Shown here: positions 59,390 to 64,000 of the stretch, piece after piece | How the letters are laid out: each line of letters opens with the position of its first letter | How positions within the stretch are numbered: the first letter of the stretch is position 1 | The notes under the pieces: model-generated | Databases searched by the model: none | What the model was told of the DNA's origin: nothing | The model's input: the letters and a program-made list of their open reading frames with translations, nothing else | Assembly (NCBI GenBank): GCA_047967505.1 | Contig: CM106538.1 | DNA: 64,000 nt | Reading direction: 5' to 3' (one strand) | Source: Dipteris shenzhenensis | Taxonomy: Eukaryota | Made by a program: the position numbers and the translations under genes

Positions 59390-62300
59390 TGCTCCCCGCC
59401 TACGGTGCTGCCCTCTGCCTCCCTTCCCCGCCCCCCTCTCCTCCCTCCCCTCAGTCCCCTCCCTACCTTCCCTTCTTCGCCTCCCTCAGCTCTCTCCCTG
59501 TCTCTCGATCCTTGCCCCTTTCCCCACCTATCCCACCCCTATCCCCGCCTCTCCCGTCCCCTACATCCGCCCCTACCCCACCTCTTCTCCGCCCTCCACA
59601 GCCCCCTCTCTCAGCCCCTACCCCCGCCTCTACTCCTGCCCTCCTCAGCCCCCTCTCTCAGCCCCTACCCCTGCCTACTCTCTCCTCTTTCCTCAACCCC
59701 TTCTCCTCTCCCGTACTCCCGCCCTCTCCCCCGCCTCCCTCAGCCCCTCTTCCACCTCCTTTCCCCCACCCCTATCCTCACTCCTCCACGCCTCCTTCAG
59801 CCCCTCTCCTCCCCTCAGCCTCTCCCAGATCGCCCCTCTCTAGCCTCTCTCCTCCTCTCCTCTTCTCCTCCCTCTCTTAGCCTCTCCCCCCCTCCTCCTC
59901 TCTTTCTCGATCCTAGTGTCCCTCCCCTCAGCGTTCTCCCTCTCCTTTCTAGCAGCATCTTAGTCGGATGGAGTTCAATTGTGTTCGTGTCGGCCTTTCC
60001 ACCTTGATTGACGATGGCTCAGCCTTCAGCTAATCCTCGCCCGCTCCCACCGGCCGTGAAAACCATCACATTCTCAAAAGACGAGTTGCACCAGCTCAAA
60101 AAAGATACAAAGCAAGAAAGCTCGACATCGCTCTTTGCTCGCATCCATGGGTTCCAACCTTCCAGATTACAAGCCAGGGATTGGATGCTCGCCGCTTTAC
60201 TTGGAGACCTCGCAGGGCACCTCACAGACGTTTGTCTGCTTGGTCAAGATTTCTTTCAGGTTATTTTTAATTCCCCGGATGCAGAAGGTCCTGTGCTTCA
60301 GGCCAGTCCTTTGGCATTGAGCTCCAAGAGGATCTTCTTGACACCTTTCTTGTTGGGCTTTGACCCTGTGGAGGAGGATGGCCGGACATTTGCACTCTTC
60401 CTCAAATTCCTTGGCCTTCCTCAAGTGTACCATTGACTCTTATTTTCCATCGGAGCCGCTTTCGGGATGGTTACCGAGACCCCCTCCCCCTCTTCCTAGG
60501 ATGCCTTCTTTGGTAGCAGAGGCAGTCAGATCAAACAAGGTACCACGTGTTAGGGTGGTCGCCTCTGATCCTAACCTTACGGATGACCACATCATGCTCC
60601 TGTGTCTAGATGGCTCCTTCTTCAGGCAGAGAGTCGAGATCGCTGTTGGGAGACAGGATCAATGTAGGATTGGCAAGACCCCTGGGCACTTTGCCAGTGA
60701 ATTCCCAAGGAAGAAAAAAAAAGAAAAGGCCCAAAAGGTCCATGGGTGTTGTGCCTCCTAGCACTACCTCGGCTGGACCTACTTCACGTTCTACTGCACA
60801 TCCTATTACTTCTTGCGCTGTTGGACCTTCCACCTCTCATCCAGGACCGTCGGCTACAGCGTCTCGTCCTAGAGCTTCGTTCACAGCGCGCATGGGACCT
60901 TTAGCACGTTCTGTTCTAGTCATCCCTCGTTGGGTGCCAGTCAGAGTTATTGCTCCACATCAGGAGGTTATTGATGGCGCAACGGACCCTTCCTTACAGG
61001 TATGAGATATACTTGTTTTAATTCCTTGTGCTGATGAGGTTGCTCCTATCTCTTGAGATTTTCATGTGAAGGAGCTTTCTCCTAGGGAGCAAGCCTTTGC
61101 TGAAGCCTATGATGTACTCAAGGCTAATGCTGCTATTTTGGCCGAGATCCATCAACAGCAACAGCCCCCTTTTCCTCTTGTTCCTACTTCACGTCTTGAC
61201 AGAGGTAAGGGGATTATTGCTTCTACTCCTTCATCCGTAGGGATCCTCCGCACACCTACGCGCCAGGAGCATCATTCAGGAATTCTTTTGCAGTCTTGGC
61301 AGACATGACAGAGTTTGGTTTAGAGAAGGAGTTTGTACCCTCTACCCTTGGGGAGCACCTCGTTCAAAGCACCATGGATAGAGCTTCCCCTCTGCAGGTG
61401 TGGGAGTACTTTCCCCAGTTGACTTCCCTCCTCTTGATAGGAGGAATTTTTCCCAAGAGAGAGATATCTCCGCTACCAGGTCGGGTAGAGTATTTTATTC
61501 GGCCTCTTCGTCTCGTCGATGAGGATTGCCAGTTGGAACATTCAGGGCCTTGGAGTTGTAGCTCACCGCCGCCGTAGGCAACTCATTCGTAACCAACTTC
61601 ATCCAGGTGTTACTGGGGATGCCATTGATGTCCTCATGATTCAGGAACACAGACTGGATTTCAGGGATTGTGCCAAGTCGGGTAAGCTTCTATTAGGGCA
61701 TACTTTTTAGTTACCCGCCGTGGGCACCAGGGGAGGTACTCGTATTTCTGTTTCTTCTTTTCTACTACCCTTGGTGATTGGACATGGGATCATAGTTCCC
61801 TCTAGAGCTTAGTGGGTCATTCTTTTGATTGGTGGACGTAAGGTTGGTTTCTTAAACCTTTATGTCCCCAATTCAAGAGGAGACCGTGTTCTTTTCTGGA
61901 AGGAGCTGCTTTTTTGGTCATGCATTGCACAGTCTTGGATCATGGGGGGTGATTTCAATATGGTTGAAATGCCCACAGACAAAAGAGGTGATAGGGAAGG
62001 TGGCTTACATTCCCTAGAGAGAGCAGCCTGGGATGCCTTCCTTTTTCAGTACAGTGGCAGAGATGCTTGGCATGATGATACTTTTCACACTCGGCCGCAA
62101 TCACTTCCGTTTTATTGGTCGAATAGGAGGTTGCAGATGCCCATCCATCCACGGATTGATAGATTTTATGTGGATGATTGGGCTTTGGACAGAGGTGGGA
62201 TAGTATGCATTATACCTGGGGTGTCCACTTCAGATCACTTCCCAGTTGTTATGTATGTTTTAGATCCTCAGGTGAGTAGTCACTTTGCCAGTATCAAGAT

Positions 62301-64000
62301 TCCATATGCATTCTACGCAGAGGAGGGCCTCACAGAGACAGTGTGCAGACTTGGGTATCTCACATGTACGATGGGCTGCTTTCCCCGTCAGTTATAGCAG
62401 CAGCCCTCTTGGATATTAGTGACTTTTATCACTCAGTGGCTATGTTCAGGAGAGGTGAGATCCTCTGGCAAGAGATAGTTATCTGTCAGTACTTGACTCC
62501 TCTTCAGAGGGAAGAGTAGAAGAGGCCTACAAATGCTTGGGTTCAGGAGCGCCTTGCTGCAGCAAGGACTCAGCAACAGTCATTGTTGGATTAGAGAGTA
62601 GAGTATGCCTTTCAGACGGGAGGTACGGTCAACAAGCAGTTCTTCTCTACTCTTGGCCCCAGATATAGTAGGGAGAGTGTTTCACAGCTTGTTGACTCAG
62701 TCGGAGTTTTACAGACACATCCAAATACCGTCTTCTAGGTAGCTACAGATTTCTATGCCTCCCTTCTTACAACAGATTGTGATACTCAGGCCAGAGATGA
62801 TGCTTGAGTTATTATTTGGCAGCACTTACGGGTGACTGGAGATATGATAGTCTCACTTGATGCACCATTCACCAACATAGAGTTCAGGACTGCTCTCTCT
62901 ACCCTTCACAAGGGCAAGTGTCTTGGTTTAGATGGCCTTACACCCTCTTTCTTTATTTCATTTTGGAATCAGATCGGGGATCACATTATCTTAGCCCTGC
63001 AGGGCATTTGGGACTTGCGTGAGATGCCAAACTCACTCACGAAGGGCCTCATTCATCTTATCTCTAAAGGAGGTTGCAGGAATTTAGTGTTGCAGTGGAG
63101 ACCGATCAATTTGTTGGGCACTTTGTAGAAAATGCTAGCAAAAGCAATCAGCCTACGTCTGCAGCCCTTTCTTCCAGATCTTATACATGATACGCAGATG
63201 GGTTTTGTGCATGGCAAGAGCATCTTCGATAATATTTTGTCATTTTGGGAGGCTTTTGAATGGGCCATATATAATGGCCATAGGCTTGTCATTCTACTCC
63301 TGGACTTGGAGAAAGCTTATGATAGACTGGGGTTTTCTAGAGGGTACCCTCTCTCGCTTTGGATTCACAGATGCATGCATCAGAGGGGTGTCAGCTCTCT
63401 ACAAATCAGCCCATATCCAGGTTCTCATTGGTGGAGTCAGGGGAGACAGATTTCAGATTACCAGATCGGTCTGTCAGGGATGTCCTTTAGCCCCCTTTCT
63501 CTTTTTATTTGTGGCTAAAGCTATGAGTTACTACCTTAGAGCTCAAGCTGATATTATAGGGCTGAGTCTTCCGTTGAGGCAAGAGGATGAGCTTTTGGAT
63601 CGGCTGTTTTTTTGGATGCCACACCACATACACTCACCTCTTTTAGAACAGCCTTGGATTTGTTTTGCACTGTAGCAGGGGCCCATATTAATTGGAACAA
63701 ATCAGGTACTTACGATGCCAGGTTGGGGTGGGCATCTCTCCAGCACATCAGTTTGCTCCCGTATTGGAGAGCATCAGGAGGAAACTCATTTTTTGGAGTT
63801 CTGCCAGACTTGACCTTGCATCTAGAGTAGTGGTTGTGAACCAGGTATTATTGGCTACTGCTTGGATGGTTTGCTCTTGTTGGTGTAGATCTAGAGGTTG
63901 TATATCTCAGATCATTGGGAAAAGAGGTCTCAATATTATTGATCCAAATTTGCAGTGTATGGCCTTGCTCTGCAAATTTGTAGTGAGAGGATTGATGCCT
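59390..64000 (+). mobile_element. Degenerate long plant L1-type LINE: polypyrimidine 5' UTR, ORF1 (from ~60014), ORF2 endonuclease and RT (from 61519)
   Basis: MRIASWNIQGLG; LMIQEH; NLYVPN; GGDFN; RIDRFY; SDHFPV; GLDG; WRPINL; LDLEKAYD; VCQGCPLAPFLF. Many stops. Confidence 0.9.

Overview
Eukaryotic plant nuclear DNA (inferred to be a large-genome non-seed plant such as a fern; host not proven). The only host gene seen is five internal exons of the SUMO-activating enzyme large subunit SAE2/UBA2 (+ strand, 17320-23147). Its upstream and downstream exons are not visible, so most of the window is probably giant TE-filled intron. Around it lie nested TE remnants: a gag-only LTR element, a fragmented chromovirus, three related Ty1/copia remnants, several LINE fragments and a near-intact hAT transposon. 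The dominant structure is a 30.5-kb, very young Ty3/gypsy (non-chromovirus, Athila/Phygy-like) complex at 28574-59114, bounded by a single GGCTA target-site duplication. It holds about 3.2 element-equivalents, four LTRs and five segments in a duplication/inverted-block/duplication layout, with two large fold-back palindromes, microhomology junctions and a templated filler. The reconstructed ~9.7-kb element encodes one ~2845-aa ORF that continues ~930 aa past integrase, and it lacks a canonical polypurine tract.
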